Source: Calditrichales bacterium (lineage in GTDB: Bacteria; Calditrichota; Calditrichia; Calditrichales; J004). From it: a stretch of 64,000 nucleotides of DNA. The position numbers were made by a program, and so were the translations under genes. The notes under the pieces were generated by a model. The model was not told the origin of the DNA and made no database searches. It saw nothing but the letters and a program-made list of their open reading frames with translations. Shown piece after piece: positions 8,461 through 17,869 of the stretch (the stretch's first letter is position 1; every line of letters starts with the position of its first letter). The DNA lies in contig OZ254086.1 of assembly GCA_965267575.1 (NCBI GenBank), positions 3,200,001 to 3,264,000 of the forward strand. The letters are read 5' to 3'.

Positions 8461-9960
8461 CTATTCTCCCTGGTTTTGATAAAGGATTTCTTCCAAGGCC
8501 TGCATGGCGCGCGGGTCATTGCTTTGTCCCAGCCAGAAGATGGCCTTTTTGCGGATATTGTAGTTTTTGTGCTCTTTGGCGATTTCGATCATCGCATCCA
8601 GGCCTTTGTCTTCCGTCTGGTACAGGGCAAAAACGGCTTTCTCCTGCACTTCCTGGCTGTGGTCTTCCATGGCCCTTTTTGTCAAAAAGTCGATTGTATT
8701 CTGGTCGGCGTTTTGTCCCAGCCAGAATATGGCCTTGGCCCGCAGCTCATCGTTCTTGTGTTGTTCGGCGATGTCGCGCAGATAGGGCATGCCGCGCTTG
8801 TCTCCCACCTGGCTCATGGCAAACAACGCTTTTTCCTGTACCGTGCGGTCTTTATCGTTCAGGGCGATGTCGCGCAACTGCTCAACCTGTTGGGTGGAAG
8901 AGGCGCTTTGGCCCATCCAGAAAACGGCGTTGGCGCGCAGTTCGTTGTTGTCCATCGATTTGGCCAGGGCAGCCAGCGTGCTGTAGGATTTTTCACCATG
9001 TATCTGCGATATACCGAACAAGGCTTTCTTGCGCACTTCAAAAGAGCGGTCTTTTCCGGCGATTTTCTTCAGTGCGTCCAGACTGGCTTCGCCACCGTTC
9101 TGGCCCATCCAGAATACGGCCTTGGCACGGATTTTTTCCTCGGGGTGATCGTTGGCAAGCTTTGCCAGTCGCGGTTGTGCCATCTGCGGTGTAAGCTGGC
9201 TGATGATAAAGAGGCTGCGTTCGCTCACCACTTCAGATTTGTCTTCCAGAGCGCGGCTGGTGATAAAGTCGGCCAGCTTGTTGTCCACGTCGCCCTGGCT
9301 CAGCCAGAACAACGCTTCTTTGCGCAGTTCCGGGTCGTCTTCATTGATAACGACGTCGCGTAGTTTTTCCCGTGCTTCAGGTTGCCCAAAGCTGCCGATG
9401 ATATAGATCATCTTTTTGCGTAGACGCAGGCTTTCCGTCTCTTCGTACAATTTAGCAACCGTTGCCAAAGATTTTTCATCTCCGCGCATACGCAGCGCCT
9501 GTAAAGCCGCCATGGCCACCTCTTCATCCTGATCTTTCTGCAGTTGTTCCGTACGGGTGACATAATAGACCATTTCCGATTCATTCAGATCGCCTTCAAC
9601 CCGCATTTCACGGACGAGCCGTACCATATACTGCTTGGCGTCATCGGACCATTTACTTTTGGGGTAGTCCTGTAAAAAGGTCTCGTAGCATTTAAAGGCC
9701 GCCTTACGGTCCTTTCCCAGCTGCTCCTTACTGTAGCAGAGCCAGAACTGGGCGTCGTCCACCCAGGAGCTGCTGCTGTAATCATTTACAATCTGCTGCA
9801 GTAATGGCTGCGCTTTGCTAAATTCTTTCTCCAAAACAAGCTCATAGGCCTGCTTGTATAATTTCGATGCTTCATCGTCGGGGTTGGGCAGGGCGGAGGT
9901 GGTCAGCGTGAGAACGCCGATCATCAACAGCGCGTAGCTGCCTGCAATAAACCGTTTCAT
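8461..9960 (-). CDS. Exported protein with BamD-like TPR N-terminus and many HEAT repeats
   Basis: Signal peptide; YSSSSWVDDAQFW and YPKSKWSDDA TPR motifs; about 10 alternating KAxFWxGQ / KAxFAxxQ repeats. Confidence 0.85.
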   Translation of the reverse strand: MKRFIAGSYALLMIGVLTLTTSALPNPDDEASKLYKQAYELVLEKEFSKAQPLLQQIVNDYSSSSWVDDAQFWLCYSKEQLGKDRKAAFKCYETFLQDYPKSKWSDDAKQYMVRLVREMRVEGDLNESEMVYYVTRTEQLQKDQDEEVAMAALQALRMRGDEKSLATVAKLYEETESLRLRKKMIYIIGSFGQPEAREKLRDVVINEDDPELRKEALFWLSQGDVDNKLADFITSRALEDKSEVVSERSLFIISQLTPQMAQPRLAKLANDHPEEKIRAKAVFWMGQNGGEASLDALKKIAGKDRSFEVRKKALFGISQIHGEKSYSTLAALAKSMDNNELRANAVFWMGQSASSTQQVEQLRDIALNDKDRTVQEKALFAMSQVGDKRGMPYLRDIAEQHKNDELRAKAIFWLGQNADQNTIDFLTKRAMEDHSQEVQEKAVFALYQTEDKGLDAMIEIAKEHKNYNIRKKAIFWLGQSNDPRAMQALEEILYQNQGE

Positions 9961-10745
9961 GATCGTTTCCTTTCCTGTGCGTCATTTGTATTCTTCTTGC
10001 TTGCTTCGTCGCGGCCTTGCAGCAGCAACTGTTCCAGATCGATTTTTAGGATTAAATCCTGGCTTTGAACGCCACCGCGGATAACGTCCACAGCCTCCAT
10101 ATCGATCTGGCTGTCCATATTTGCTATTTGTCTCAAAATAAGTTCCAGTTCATCCAGCAGGTGCAACACGCGCCGGTTGGGCGACCCCTGTAGCTGGTTG
10201 CGCAGATCCGCTGTTTGCTTTAGCAGCATTTGCGAATGCTCTTGCGGGTAAGCAAAGTCGATCCCGTCCGCGCTCACATCATCTTCATCGAGGTTTATCA
10301 TACCGAGGATCAGCACTTTGCTGTCTTCCAGCACACCGGCAGTCTGTTTGGCCACCAGTCTTTGCTCTGCCTCAGCCGCCATGTCAAAATCATTTTGTTT
10401 GGGATTGTAAAAAAGCAGGTAGCCGATAAATACGCCCAGCGCAAGCACGGCCGCCACGCGCAACAGTTGCGTAAAGAGCATTCGGTAGCGCTTGTCCGTC
10501 TTTTCTTCAAGACGCTCTTCCACACGACCGGCGAAACGTTCCCAGTACTCTTTGCCGGGGTCCGGTATGTCATTGTTTTTAAGTGTGTCAATCATCTTGA
10601 TGCTCTTTTCCACTTCATCCGCGCATTCCGGCGCATTTTGGCGCAGTTCTTCCAAAAATTGTTGTTGCCCCTCTTTATCGCGGGCATGGAAGCGTCCTTC
10701 GGAAACTTCCTCAAGGTACTCCCGGCAGTTGTTTTTCTTTTTCAT
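9957..10745 (-). CDS. Putative single-pass anti-sigma factor
   Basis: Overlaps the ECF stop; PDPGKEYWERF motif, one TM helix (VAAVLALGVFIGYLLF), extracytoplasmic helical tail. Confidence 0.7.
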   Translation of the reverse strand: MKKKNNCREYLEEVSEGRFHARDKEGQQQFLEELRQNAPECADEVEKSIKMIDTLKNNDIPDPGKEYWERFAGRVEERLEEKTDKRYRMLFTQLLRVAAVLALGVFIGYLLFYNPKQNDFDMAAEAEQRLVAKQTAGVLEDSKVLILGMINLDEDDVSADGIDFAYPQEHSQMLLKQTADLRNQLQGSPNRRVLHLLDELELILRQIANMDSQIDMEAVDVIRGGVQSQDLILKIDLEQLLLQGRDEASKKNTNDAQERKRS

Positions 10746-11299
10746 CTTTCTTCCCCCATGCGCGGATCGTAGAAGGCCAGCGCCTGGCGCAGTTTTGTCA
10801 GGGCGCGGTTAAGGTGGCTTTTTACGGTCCCTTCGCTTGTTTTCAGCGTTGATGCAATTTCACGTATGCTACAGGCCTGCAGGTGCCGCAGTGTAAAGGC
10901 TGTCTTTTCACCGGCGGAGAGTTTTTCCATGGCCCGTTCCAGGTGCTGCCGGAAAAAGGTCAGCTCAGCCTGCGCTGTGTTTTCGGCGCCTTTTTCGTAT
11001 GCTGCGGGTGACTCTTCCAGTCTTTGCAGGCGTTGGCGCAGGGCTCCGCGCTTGCTGTCGATGTAGCTGTTTGCGGCTATGCGCATAAGCCACGTTTTGA
11101 TGGCTGCTTCGCCGCGGAAGCTGTCGATGGCTTTGTAGGCTTTTACAAAAACCGTCTGCGCCAGTTCATCGGCGTCATCATGGTTGCCGCAGAGCTGCCA
11201 GGCCACGCCATAGACGTCACGTTGGTAGCGCTCTACAAGCACGCGGAAAGCCCCTCGCTCTCCTTTTCTTATCTCCTGCAGCAGTTCCTGATCTGTCAT
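10742..11299 (-). CDS. ECF RNA polymerase sigma factor
   Basis: DADELAQTVFVKAY, FRGEAAIKTWLMRIA (region 2), SEGTVKSHLNRA (region 4). ATG 11299 preferred over 11338. Confidence 0.92.
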   Translation of the reverse strand: MTDQELLQEIRKGERGAFRVLVERYQRDVYGVAWQLCGNHDDADELAQTVFVKAYKAIDSFRGEAAIKTWLMRIAANSYIDSKRGALRQRLQRLEESPAAYEKGAENTAQAELTFFRQHLERAMEKLSAGEKTAFTLRHLQACSIREIASTLKTSEGTVKSHLNRALTKLRQALAFYDPRMGEER

Positions 11300-11322
11300 T
11301 CGTTTTCCGTTGTTTGATGCTA

Positions 11323-11351
11323 TAGACGAGAGTAACACAAAAGAGGTTTAC
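11323..11351 (-). promoter_or_regulatory. Probable ECF autoregulatory promoter
   Basis: Minus strand GTAAAC-N17-CGTCTA about 24 nt upstream of ATG 11299; matches the generic ECF AAC/CGT pattern. Confidence 0.65.
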
Positions 11352-11417
11352 ACGATTTAGACATTTTTTTTTACATTATCACGACCGGCATCGCTATCGC
11401 CACCGTTGCCCCTTGGG

Positions 11418-11509
11418 TTCCCGCCGCCCGATGGTCTGGACAGGTTAAGCGGGAATGACAATATTGAGAAAAATCCATAAACACGTCATGCTGAATTCAT
11501 TTCAGCATC
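11418..11509. repeat. Back-to-back REP-like palindromes
   Basis: TTCCCGC-[cgcccgatggtctggacagg]-ttaa-GCGGGAATGACA (11418-11460) and GTCATGCTGAATTCATTTCAGCATCT (11484-11509). Confidence 0.7.
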
Positions 11510-11650
11510 TTTTTTGTGACAGAGGCGGATTGGCATCACGTTGTGAACCAATACATTCGCTATCTTTCTTTGCCTGTTGGCCAATATTGCCTAAATTTGG
11601 CTGGCGCGCTTCCGGCGCCAAAAGGGAAATCGAATAACAAGGAATATTAT

Positions 11651-14002
11651 ATGCGTGTTGTACTGATTGTTTTGATAACCATGGCCTTTGCGTTTAGCCA
11701 GGACGAAAGCTGGAAACTGTATGATGACAGCCAGGTGGCGGAAATCCGCATAACCACTGCGCCGGAGGCTGTGGAGTTCATGTATGCCGATCCGCAGAGC
11801 GATTCCATGCATGTGGCCAGCGTGCACTTCAGCAACGCCTACATCAACGAAACCATTGACTCCGTGGGCTTGCGAATCCGCGGCAACACCTCGCGCGAGT
11901 CGGAGAAAAAATCGTTTAAGCTGGATTTTGAGCATTTTGTGGATGGCCGTGAGTTTTACAGCGTCGATAAAATGAACCTGAACGGCGAACACAACGACCC
12001 GTCGATCATCCGCTCCAAGCTGGCCTGGGATTTTATGCAGCAGGCCGGTATGAAAGCGAGCCGTGCCGCACATTGCGCTGTTTATATCAATGATGTGTAT
12101 TATGGTTTGTATGTCAGTGTAGAGCATATAGACGGGGAGTTTGTGGAAAAGCGCTTTGCCGATGACAGCGGCAACCTTTGGAAATGCCTGTGGCCGGCGG
12201 ACCTGCAATACCGTGGCGAGAGTCCCGGACAATACGATTTTTGGTATGATGACCGCCGGGTGTATGACCTGAAAACAAATGAAGATCAGAACGACTATAC
12301 GGCACTGGCGCGGCTGATAAAAATTCTGGAACACACCTCAAAAAGTGCTTTGCCGGATTCCCTGGAGCGCATGCTTAATGTATCGTCCGCGTTAAAGATG
12401 TTTGCCTGGAATGTGCTCACCGGCATGTGGGACGATTACTGGAGCAATCAAAATAATTATTACATCTACCACCAGCCCACTGAAGATAAGATCTATTTTA
12501 TACCGTATGATTACGACAACACCTTCAGCATAGACTGGTTCGGGATCGAATGGTCGGAAGCTCATATCTACAACTGGCCGCGCGTCTCATCCAATCCCTG
12601 GAGCCAAAACAAGTACAGGCCATTGTTGGACAGGCTAATGGAGATTCCGGAATACCGCAATCTTTATACCCGCTACATAACCTTTTACGCCGACAGTGTT
12701 TTTGCCATGGAACATTGGGACAACCGGCTTAGTCAGCTGCAGGCGATGATCGCGCCTTTCGCCGAGAGCGATACCTTTCGCACACGCGACTATGGCTATA
12801 CTATGGATGATTTCTATAACTCCTATACCGCCGGACATTACAATCGCGACCACGTAAAAAACGGCATCCGCGAGTATGTTAACAAACGTGTGGCTGCTGT
12901 TAAACAGCAGGCTTCCTATATTTCTTCAAAACCCATCGTTTATGAATACAACGTGCCCGATATGGTGGCTGCAACGGACAGCGTTCGTATTGAAATCGCC
13001 GCGTTTGATCCGGACGGCATCGACCGTTTTGAGATCAACTGGCGCCTCGATGGTGAGACCAACTCGATGACAACGGCACTTATTCATAAATCTGCCGGTG
13101 ATGGCACCGTGGAGGGAGCGGATCGTTGGGTTGCCGTGCTGCCGCCACAGGGCGAAAACCGCATGATAATCTGGAGTCTGTTTATTCGCGACAACCAATC
13201 ACAAATGGCATTTTATCCGCTGAACGGATCACGGGAAATAGAAACCGGCGGCGGCTCCGGGAATGACGCCCTGCGTATTAACGAGCTGCTGTCACTCAAC
13301 GATTCGCTGAATGCCGATAACGCCGGGCAATACGATGACTGGCTGGAACTATACAACAGCGGCGATGAGCCGATCGAGCTGGCCGGATATTTCCTCAGCG
13401 ACAAGCGCGACAATCTGACCAAATGGGTTTTTCCTGACAGTGCGCCGGCTATTGGCCCGGGTGAGTTTTTGCTGGTGTGGTGCGATGAAGACCAGGAGCA
13501 GGGCGCCCTGCATACCAATTTCCGCCTCTCTTCTGCGGGTGAATTTGTGGCCCTGCTGGCGCCCGATGGCAGCACCGTGCTTGATTCAATTGGTTTTCCC
13601 GCACTGCCCTCAAATCATTCCTATGCCCGCGAAACGGACGGGGACGGCGACTGGATTGTGCTCGATGAACCCACACCCGAGGCATCTAATTTTGTCGTCA
13701 GTGTCGAAGAAGGTGATCCCGTATTGCCGGCTTCACTGAACCTGAAGGCTTATCCCAATCCCTTTAATGGTCGTGTGACTTTGCTATTTAATTTGCCGCA
13801 ATCCGGAGAAGTGCAGTTGCGCATTTATGACATCAATGGGCGGATGGTAAAAGATGTATCCGGATTTTATGCTACAGGCAGCCAAAGCGTCTCCTGGGAT
13901 GGCCGGGATGCCACGGGCAATGCCGTAAGCAGCGGGCTCTATATTGTTAAGCTGCAATACGGCGCGCAGGAGCTATCGCGGAAATTGCTGTATTTGAAGT
14001 AG
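11651..14002 (+). CDS. Secreted CotH-family kinase with lamin-tail domain and C-terminal sorting/FlgD-Ig domain
   Basis: RGNTSR..KKSFK, GNLWKC, WDDY..NQNNYY, IPYDYDNTF; INE...DWLELYN; YPNPFN...KLLYLK. ATG 11651 with AAGGA RBS. Confidence 0.88.
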   Translation: MRVVLIVLITMAFAFSQDESWKLYDDSQVAEIRITTAPEAVEFMYADPQSDSMHVASVHFSNAYINETIDSVGLRIRGNTSRESEKKSFKLDFEHFVDGREFYSVDKMNLNGEHNDPSIIRSKLAWDFMQQAGMKASRAAHCAVYINDVYYGLYVSVEHIDGEFVEKRFADDSGNLWKCLWPADLQYRGESPGQYDFWYDDRRVYDLKTNEDQNDYTALARLIKILEHTSKSALPDSLERMLNVSSALKMFAWNVLTGMWDDYWSNQNNYYIYHQPTEDKIYFIPYDYDNTFSIDWFGIEWSEAHIYNWPRVSSNPWSQNKYRPLLDRLMEIPEYRNLYTRYITFYADSVFAMEHWDNRLSQLQAMIAPFAESDTFRTRDYGYTMDDFYNSYTAGHYNRDHVKNGIREYVNKRVAAVKQQASYISSKPIVYEYNVPDMVAATDSVRIEIAAFDPDGIDRFEINWRLDGETNSMTTALIHKSAGDGTVEGADRWVAVLPPQGENRMIIWSLFIRDNQSQMAFYPLNGSREIETGGGSGNDALRINELLSLNDSLNADNAGQYDDWLELYNSGDEPIELAGYFLSDKRDNLTKWVFPDSAPAIGPGEFLLVWCDEDQEQGALHTNFRLSSAGEFVALLAPDGSTVLDSIGFPALPSNHSYARETDGDGDWIVLDEPTPEASNFVVSVEEGDPVLPASLNLKAYPNPFNGRVTLLFNLPQSGEVQLRIYDINGRMVKDVSGFYATGSQSVSWDGRDATGNAVSSGLYIVKLQYGAQELSRKLLYLK

Positions 14003-14013
14003 GTCCGTCGCTA

Positions 14014-14415
14014 TCAGGTATATGTTATAAAAGGAGCGAGCATTAAGAGAGCGCCGATTGTTGCCAAGAATGAGATAACCATGGTAGCGATGCCAAGCCG
14101 GCGGGAACGAATCCACCCGGACATTCCCATGGAGATAAATAACAAAACCACACCGGCAAGAAAAAGAAGCGACATAGGAATATGCAGAAACTCAATGTTT
14201 TGAGGCAGGTTAGTGCTCCGGGTTGCAACTACGGCGCTGAATGTCGCCCCCAATGCGCTTATCACAAAGCAAGAGGATGATGCTACCAGGAAAGAAATCA
14301 CCCAGTTTATTACTTTTTGTTTAGAAGATAACGAAAGTAATACGCTCAAAAATGTAATCGCGAAACCACCGAGAATAGCATTTATAAACGCCATTTGTCT
14401 GAATAATTCTGCCAC
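14014..14415 (-). CDS. Hypothetical 4-TM membrane protein (AT-rich)
   Basis: Four hydrophobic segments; GTG start with GGGGA RBS. Confidence 0.65.
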   Translation of the reverse strand: MAELFRQMAFINAILGGFAITFLSVLLSLSSKQKVINWVISFLVASSSCFVISALGATFSAVVATRSTNLPQNIEFLHIPMSLLFLAGVVLLFISMGMSGWIRSRRLGIATMVISFLATIGALLMLAPFITYT

Positions 14416-14610
14416 TTGCCAAAGTCCCCCGGTTCAATTATCGGTTACAAAATCTAATGGATTCAGGGCAATATTCAAATTAAGCTGAGTCAATATTGAT
14501 TGATTGCAAGCATCAGGCCTTTTTTCGTTGCCTTAATCACAGAAGTACCTGGTTGTAAGCTATACTTTAGCGCTTTCATTTTCTAACGTCCACCATCGTA
14601 TTAAGGAAAT

Positions 14611-17418
14611 ATGACAAAAATCATTAGCGGCATTGTTGTTGGTCTGGCTATTATCCTTTGTATGGCCGGGAACTTAACTGCCCAACCCTACGGGCTGGAA
14701 AACCGCGTACCCAACAGCTCACTTTTGATTTCCATTTCCGGACTTACCAGCCTGGAGACAAAGCGCGTATTTCCCAACCTGGTTGTTAACGATCCATTAG
14801 GGATGGTACATGCCGGCGATGGCAGCAACCGCCTTTTTGTGCTGGAGCAGCCCGGGCGTATAAGGGTGTTTGCCAATGACACATCCGATGGGCTTGCCAC
14901 GGTTTTTCTTAATATTCAAAGTCAGGTGGAAGATGGCCCCGGAGAGGCGGGCTTGCTGGGATTGGCTTTTCACCCCAGTTACCAAAACAACGGCAGGTTT
15001 TATGTCTATTATACCACGCCCGAAAACACGCTGACGTCGCGCATTTCAGAGTTTCAGGTCAGTTCCAGCGATTCCAACGCCGCCGACCCGTTAAGTGAAC
15101 GCGTTTTGTTTGAATACCCCCAGCCGGAAGGCAACCATAATGGTGGGCAACTGGCCTTTGGTCCCGATGGCTATCTCTATATCGCGCTGGGCGACGGTGG
15201 AGGCAGCGGCGATCCCTTTGATAATGGCCAGGATATTACGACACCGTTGGGCGCTATTCTGCGCATAGACGTGGATAGCACGCAGACGGGTCTGGAGTAC
15301 GCTATCCCGCCGGACAACCCTTTTACCACGGATACGCTAGGCTACCGGGACGAAATCTGGGCCTACGGACTGCGCAATCCCTGGCGCTTTAGTTTTGACA
15401 CCGACGGAACGCTTTACGCAGGTGATGTGGGGCAGGGTGACTGGGAAGAGATTGATATTATCAAAAAAGGCTTGAATTATGGCTGGAATGTCATGGAGGG
15501 GAACCATTGTTACGACGGCCCCTGCGATACCACCGGCCTGGAAAAACCCATTTACGAATACAATCACAGCGAAGGCCAGTCCATCACCGGGGGCTATGTT
15601 TACCGGGGTTCTTCGCTGACCGATATGGTTGGCGCTTACATCTACGGTGATTACGTGTCACGCAAAATCTGGGCATTGCGCTATGAGAATGGCGAAGTGA
15701 CTGAAAACAGCCTGGTGGCGGAGTCGCCGGCATCGATCTCGAGCTTTGCCGTGGATGAGAACAACGAGATTTATGTAGTAGGCTATAACGGGACAATCCA
15801 CATGCTGGTGGAGTCCGGGGAAGAACCGGTTAACACGGTGCCTGATTCGATTTCCAACTCCGGCCTTTACAAGGATATGCTGAATAAGGAATTCTCTGAC
15901 GGCCTGATTGAGTATGACGTGAATGCCTCTTTCTGGTCTGACGGATCGTTTAAAGAACGTGTTCTGGCCCTCCCCGACACCACGAAGATTATGTTTGATC
16001 AAACCGGGGATTGGGGCTGGCCATCCGAAGCGGTAATCGTAAAAAACTTTTACGTGGAGATGGTGGAAGGGGATACCGCCAGCCGCCGGCTGATCGAAAC
16101 GCGCTTTTTGGTGAAACGCTCTTCGGGTGATTTGTGGAATGGCTACAGCTACTGGTGGTTTAACGATGAAAGCGATGCATACCTGTTGCCGGACAGCGCC
16201 ACGCGACAGCTTACCATTGCAAATCCTGATTGCACGGGTGGCAGCTACATCCGTGATTATTATTATCCCTCGCGCAACGAATGTCTGGAATGCCATACAC
16301 CGGCTGCGGGCGACGTTTTGGGCGTTCATACTGCACAGACCAACAAGGATTTCCTCTATGACAACGGTGTAACGGACAACCAGCTGCGCAGTTATAACAA
16401 TATCCGACTTTTTACAGAGGATATTGGCGAAGATTACACGGGCTGGCCGCAGTGGCCCGATCCGACGGATTCCACCGAAGCACTGGAAGACCGTGCTCGT
16501 TCTTACCTGGCTTCGAACTGCGCCAACTGCCACTTGCCGGGCGGTACCGGCCGCACCAACATGGATATGCAGTACGCGACGCCGCTTGAGCAGACAAATA
16601 TGCTCGATATTGATCCGGAGTTGGGCGACCTTGGTGTAACAGGCGCTAAACGGATCATGAGCGGGGCGGCGGACAGTTCGGTGGTTTATCTGCGCATGAT
16701 CGATCATGGTGAATACCGAATGCCGCCGTTGGCAACAAACCGCATCGATACCGAAGGCTCGCAGCTTATCGAGAATTGGATCAATTCGCTGGATGACCAG
16801 AGTGTACCCGTTTCATTGGTGCAGGGCTCGTTTGCCGCCGCGTATAATTTCCAGGCCGGGGAAATCCGGGTAGGTTGGCGCACGGGCAGCGAAGTGAACA
16901 GCAGCTTTTTTGAAGTCTATCGTGATATGACCGCTGAAAACGGTGAGAAACTGCATGAGCGTGAGATGATCGCCCGGGTGGATGCACGAGGAAACAGCTC
17001 CGCCGGGCATGATTACAGTATCGCTGATAAAGGCATCCCCGATCTTTCCAGTGAAGCTTTTACCTGTCGCTATGAATTATTCCAGCAGGATGTGGACGGA
17101 GCAAGGCAGTATTTGGGGCAGGCAAGCGTTGAAGTGCTGCCCAAGGCTTTTGATGTGCGCCCGCCGTATCCCAATCCGGCAAACGGCCGCATAAAGGTAC
17201 GTTACGCGCTCAGCCAAAAAAGCAATCTGACTTTTACGTTATTTAATATACGCGGCCAGAAAGTGCACAGCGAAAAACGGCAGCACGAAAAGGGTGTATA
17301 TACATTTGACCTGGCATTGGATGAGTTAAGCTCGCAGCTTTATTTCCTGAAGATCAACGGTCGCAATAAGGCGCGCGATGATTTTAACAGGGTATTTAAG
17401 GTATTGGTGCTGAAGTAG
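14611..17418 (+). CDS. Secreted glucose/sorbosone (PQQ-type) dehydrogenase fused to a diheme cytochrome c domain and C-terminal sorting domain
   Basis: GLLGLAFHP, NHNGG.LAFGPDG.LYI..GDGG, YGLRNPWRFSFD; CLECH (16282-16296), CANCH (16519-16533), RMPP; YPNP tail. Confidence 0.88.
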   Translation: MTKIISGIVVGLAIILCMAGNLTAQPYGLENRVPNSSLLISISGLTSLETKRVFPNLVVNDPLGMVHAGDGSNRLFVLEQPGRIRVFANDTSDGLATVFLNIQSQVEDGPGEAGLLGLAFHPSYQNNGRFYVYYTTPENTLTSRISEFQVSSSDSNAADPLSERVLFEYPQPEGNHNGGQLAFGPDGYLYIALGDGGGSGDPFDNGQDITTPLGAILRIDVDSTQTGLEYAIPPDNPFTTDTLGYRDEIWAYGLRNPWRFSFDTDGTLYAGDVGQGDWEEIDIIKKGLNYGWNVMEGNHCYDGPCDTTGLEKPIYEYNHSEGQSITGGYVYRGSSLTDMVGAYIYGDYVSRKIWALRYENGEVTENSLVAESPASISSFAVDENNEIYVVGYNGTIHMLVESGEEPVNTVPDSISNSGLYKDMLNKEFSDGLIEYDVNASFWSDGSFKERVLALPDTTKIMFDQTGDWGWPSEAVIVKNFYVEMVEGDTASRRLIETRFLVKRSSGDLWNGYSYWWFNDESDAYLLPDSATRQLTIANPDCTGGSYIRDYYYPSRNECLECHTPAAGDVLGVHTAQTNKDFLYDNGVTDNQLRSYNNIRLFTEDIGEDYTGWPQWPDPTDSTEALEDRARSYLASNCANCHLPGGTGRTNMDMQYATPLEQTNMLDIDPELGDLGVTGAKRIMSGAADSSVVYLRMIDHGEYRMPPLATNRIDTEGSQLIENWINSLDDQSVPVSLVQGSFAAAYNFQAGEIRVGWRTGSEVNSSFFEVYRDMTAENGEKLHEREMIARVDARGNSSAGHDYSIADKGIPDLSSEAFTCRYELFQQDVDGARQYLGQASVEVLPKAFDVRPPYPNPANGRIKVRYALSQKSNLTFTLFNIRGQKVHSEKRQHEKGVYTFDLALDELSSQLYFLKINGRNKARDDFNRVFKVLVLK

Positions 17419-17435
17419 CGCTGCCCGCTATTTTT

Positions 17436-17855
17436 TTAATTTGCCAGTTTTATATCAACAAGTTTTGGAATGTCAGTCAGGTCGTTTTCATTGTTAACGG
17501 TAATGCTGATACCACGACCTTCCGCGTAGACCCTGGCATTTTGCAGTTCGGATTTTATTGCTGCTGCTACATCACTTTCCAATATCTGGTTAGTTGCTTT
17601 TTGGCCGAAGACAAGGGCAACCTTAAAATAGCCGTCCCGCGGCAGCAGGTAGATGATGGCCCTTTTTTTATCCTTAACCCTGAAGCTCCAGCCGTATTTT
17701 TTGCCGGGGTAGTTCCACTCGTCTGTTGCAGCCGGGTACTTTTCAAATACAGAGTCGCGGATGCTTTTCCATAAAGGATAAGTTGTTCCCAACGCCGATT
17801 GCACTTCTTTTTCCGTTGGTGTTTTTGATTTGTCGGTAAAAACGCTGATGTCCAT
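17436..17855 (-). CDS. DUF3788-like protein
   Basis: EWNYPGKKYGWSFR..KKRAIIYL...YAEGRG...KLVDIK pattern. Confidence 0.7.
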   Translation of the reverse strand: MDISVFTDKSKTPTEKEVQSALGTTYPLWKSIRDSVFEKYPAATDEWNYPGKKYGWSFRVKDKKRAIIYLLPRDGYFKVALVFGQKATNQILESDVAAAIKSELQNARVYAEGRGISITVNNENDLTDIPKLVDIKLAN

Positions 17856-17869
17856 AGTCTGCCTCCTGT

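Noticed and set aside
14014..14500. Integron cassette origin for the AT-rich single genes
   Set aside because: No convincing attC (RYYYAAC...GTTRRRY) structure or integrase found.
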